From: Oscillospiraceae bacterium
GTDB lineage: Bacteria; Bacillota; Clostridia; Oscillospirales; Oscillospiraceae
DNA: 32,000 nt
NCBI GenBank assembly: GCA_050950425.1
Contig: JBMNHO010000002.1
Span: forward strand, 769,483-801,482
Direction of reading: 5' to 3'
In this document: positions 29,695 to 32,000 of the stretch, piece by piece
Numbering within the stretch: the first letter of the stretch is position 1
Layout of the letters: each line of letters begins with the position of its first letter
Position numbers and translations under genes: made by a program
The notes under the pieces: model-generated
The model's input: only the letters and a program-made list of their open reading frames with translations
Told to the model about the DNA's origin: nothing
Database searches by the model: none

Positions 29695-32000
29695 CTACAG
29701 CAGCTCCATCTGCCGCAGCGCCGCCTTGGCCATCATCCGCTTTTTCTCTTGTTCAAACTGAATCTCCAAAAGGGCGTCTCCCCCCATTTGCTGAACGGAG
29801 AGAACCTTCCCCCTGCCAAATCCTTTGTGCATCACTTCGTCCCCCACGGAAATGGCGATGGTTTTCGTCTTTGGCTTTGCCGATCCGACCCCGTGTTCAT
29901 AACGGCTCTCCTGCTTTTTCTGGAGGGGGCGCGCAAAGGGCGCCGCGGAAAACGGCGCGGAGAACCCGGCCCTGACCGGGTTCTCAAACGCCTCTTCCCC
30001 TTCAGACCCATAAGACGCCTGCCGGGCTTCCTGTCCCAGCCGCGTGAGACAGGACGGGGGGATTTCCTCCGCGAAACGGGACACCCGATTGTTCATCGTC
30101 CGCCCCATCAGCGTGCGGTACCGGGCGCAGGTCAGCACCAGCTCCTTTTTTGCCCTGGTGATGGCCACGTAGCAGAGCCGCCTGGCTTCCTCCATCTCCT
30201 CCGGGTCCCCAATGGCCTGTATGCCGGGGAAGATCCCTTCCTCCATCCCCACCAAAAACACCGTTGGAAATTCCAGCCCTTTGGCGCTGTGTACGGTCAT
30301 CATGGAAACGTAATCTTCCGTTTCCGTCCCCTCATCCAACACAGAGAACAGGGCAATTTCGTTCAAAAAGTCGGCCAGCGTCGGCTCCCCGCCTTCTTCC
30401 GTCGTGCGCTGCTGGTAGTCCAGCAGGCTGGATTTCAGCTCTCTCACGTTTTGCTCCCGTGTTTTGTTCTCCGGCGTGTTCTTTTCCCGCAGCATTTTGA
30501 TGTATCCGCTTTGCACCATCAGCTCTTCATAAAAATCCGGCAGAGGAACGGTCTGAGACAGCGCCGTCATTTTCTCCATCATTTCCACAAACGCGCGTAT
30601 TTTGGGCGCCGCCCGGCGCAGCTCCGGGTACGCGTCCGCCCCCGCCAGCACCTCCCAAAGGGAACAATGCGCCTGGGCCGCCAGCTGAACCGCCGTGTCA
30701 ACGGTTTTTTCGCCGATCCCCCGCACAGGACGGTTCAAAATGCGCCGCAGGCGCAAATCGTCCGACGGATTGCTGATCACACATAAATAAGAGGTCATGT
30801 CCTTCACTTCCGCCCGGTCATAAAACTGCATTCCGCCAAACACCCGATACGGAATGCCGTTGCGCCGGCAGGCGTTTTCCAGCACACGGGACTGGGCGTT
30901 CAGCCGGTATAAAATGGCGCAGCCGCCCCAGCGGCCCTGCTCTCGGTACGCCTCCAGCAGCTTCCCCATGACATATTGGGCTTCTTCTTCTTCCGTGGCG
31001 GCAGCGTATAAAACGATCGGCTCTCCCGCGCCCTGGTCGGTCCATAAGTTTTTGCCTTTTCGCTCTGTGTTGTGGGCAATCACTTGGTTGGCGGCGGTCA
31101 AAATCGTCTGCGTGGAGCGATAATTTTGCTCCAGCCGGATCACCCGGGCGTCCCGATACTGCTTTTCAAAGCTCAAAATATTCTCAATGGTGGCCCCGCG
31201 AAATTTATAAATGCTCTGGTCGTCGTCCCCCACCACGCAGATGTTTTCATACCCGCCCGCCAAGATAGACGTCAATAAATACTGGACATGGTTGGTGTCC
31301 TGATATTCGTCCACCATCACATATCGAAACTTCTTCTGGTAGAACAGACGCACTTCGTCGAACCGCTGCAACAGCACCACGGTTTGAACAATCAAATCGT
31401 CAAAATCCAGGGCGTTTGCCTCTTTCATCTGGGCCTGATATGCCCCATACACCCGGGCGACCTGCTTTTGATACAAGTTCCCGCTTTTTTCCGCCTGATC
31501 CATCAGATCATCGGGCCATTCCATATGGTCCTTTGCCCGGCCGATGGCGCCGAGGATCTTCCGCGGCTCGAAGCGCTTCGCATCCAGGCGAAGCCGCTCC
31601 AGAACATCTTTGATCACCCGAAGGCTGTCGTCTGTGTCATAAATGGTGAAATTGGTGGAGATCCCCATCCGGTCGATGTCCCGACGCAATATTTTGACGC
31701 ACAGGGAATGAAATGTGTAGGCCCAAACATCCAGCGCCACCGGCCCCAGCTGCTTTTCCAGCCGCTCTTTCAGCTCCCCCGCCGCCTTGTTGGTAAAGGT
31801 AATGGCCAAAATGTTCCAAGGCGCCGGCACGTCCCAGGCGCAAAGGCGCTGGGCCCTCGCCGCCTGATCCGGCGTTTGCCCTTCGGCAAACGCCTCTAAA
31901 AACCCGATGTCTTCCGCCGTCACAACATCGGGCACCTCTTTGGTGTCCGCACCGCTGCCAAACCGCAGCAGATGGGCCACCCGATGGATCAAAACCGTCG
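29695..32000 (-). CDS. pcrA: ATP-dependent DNA helicase PcrA/UvrD (N-terminus outside window)
   Basis: The frame stays open to the window edge (..TVLIHRVAHLL). ILAITFTNKAAGELKERL, VDEYQDTN, NYRST, MTVHSAKGLEF, YVAITRAK and the C-terminal HKGFGRGKV..GGDALLEIQF tail are present. Confidence 0.9.
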   Translation of the reverse strand, partial: TVLIHRVAHLLRFGSGADTKEVPDVVTAEDIGFLEAFAEGQTPDQAARAQRLCAWDVPAPWNILAITFTNKAAGELKERLEKQLGPVALDVWAYTFHSLCVKILRRDIDRMGISTNFTIYDTDDSLRVIKDVLERLRLDAKRFEPRKILGAIGRAKDHMEWPDDLMDQAEKSGNLYQKQVARVYGAYQAQMKEANALDFDDLIVQTVVLLQRFDEVRLFYQKKFRYVMVDEYQDTNHVQYLLTSILAGGYENICVVGDDDQSIYKFRGATIENILSFEKQYRDARVIRLEQNYRSTQTILTAANQVIAHNTERKGKNLWTDQGAGEPIVLYAAATEEEEAQYVMGKLLEAYREQGRWGGCAILYRLNAQSRVLENACRRNGIPYRVFGGMQFYDRAEVKDMTSYLCVISNPSDDLRLRRILNRPVRGIGEKTVDTAVQLAAQAHCSLWEVLAGADAYPELRRAAPKIRAFVEMMEKMTALSQTVPLPDFYEELMVQSGYIKMLREKNTPENKTREQNVRELKSSLLDYQQRTTEEGGEPTLADFLNEIALFSVLDEGTETEDYVSMMTVHSAKGLEFPTVFLVGMEEGIFPGIQAIGDPEEMEEARRLCYVAITRAKKELVLTCARYRTLMGRTMNNRVSRFAEEIPPSCLTRLGQEARQASYGSEGEEAFENPVRAGFSAPFSAAPFARPLQKKQESRYEHGVGSAKPKTKTIAISVGDEVMHKGFGRGKVLSVQQMGGDALLEIQFEQEKKRMMAKAALRQMELL

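Noticed and set aside
29638-30786. 382-aa ORF on the plus strand
   Set aside because: It is antisense to pcrA/uvrD, which has all helicase motifs. Its composition is Arg/Pro/Leu-rich junk.
1-32000. Searched for tRNA/rRNA genes, transposases, integrases, toxin-antitoxin pairs, restriction-modification systems and known defence genes
   Set aside because: No tRNA T-loop/acceptor signatures, rRNA-like stretches or mobile-element or defence protein motifs were recognised in any intergenic region or ORF.

Overview
GC-rich chromosomal segment from an anaerobic, spore-forming Firmicute. This is an inference from sigG and ylmC/ymxH, a YIEGIA-family gene, class III RNR, iron-sulfur flavoproteins and many ferredoxin-type proteins; it looks Clostridia/Oscillospiraceae-like but cannot be placed without a search. 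I support about 33 protein genes and found no rRNA, tRNA, CRISPR array, transposase or integrase. Gene order: 3' end of nrdD with a fused thioredoxin-fold domain; a translationally coupled 5-gene Fe-S operon (IscU-like scaffold, NifX/NifB-type protein, two MinD-type ATPases with inserted 2x[4Fe-4S] ferredoxin domains, second NifX-type protein) behind a long structured leader; a membrane GGDEF cyclase; a YIEGIA-family membrane protein plus a 60-aa partner; an ArsR (YgaV/BigR/SqrR-like) controlled operon with ferredoxin, NapH-like membrane Fe-S protein, regulator, rhodanese lipoprotein and a second ferredoxin, fronted by a 14-8-14 palindromic operator over the -10; two iron-sulfur flavoproteins; a small orphan; alpha/beta hydrolase; DUF1287; DmpA/P1 and M20 peptidases; a lipoprotein; an SPFH (YdjI-like) protein fused to three zinc ribbons; a degenerate-GGDEF/EAL membrane protein; a 57-aa YtxH-like ORF missing from the ORF track; pyrC-pyrF-pyrK-pyrD; a histidine-phosphatase/GNAT fusion; ygiQ; sigG; ylmC/ymxH; mpg; a decayed HAD-hydrolase relic; and pcrA/uvrD running off the window. 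No canonical defence or mobile system is visible. The best candidates for poorly described biology are the NifX/MinD-ferredoxin operon, the ArsR-rhodanese-FeS operon, the YIEGIA pair and the SPFH-zinc-ribbon fusion. All family calls come from motif recognition by eye, not from database searches.
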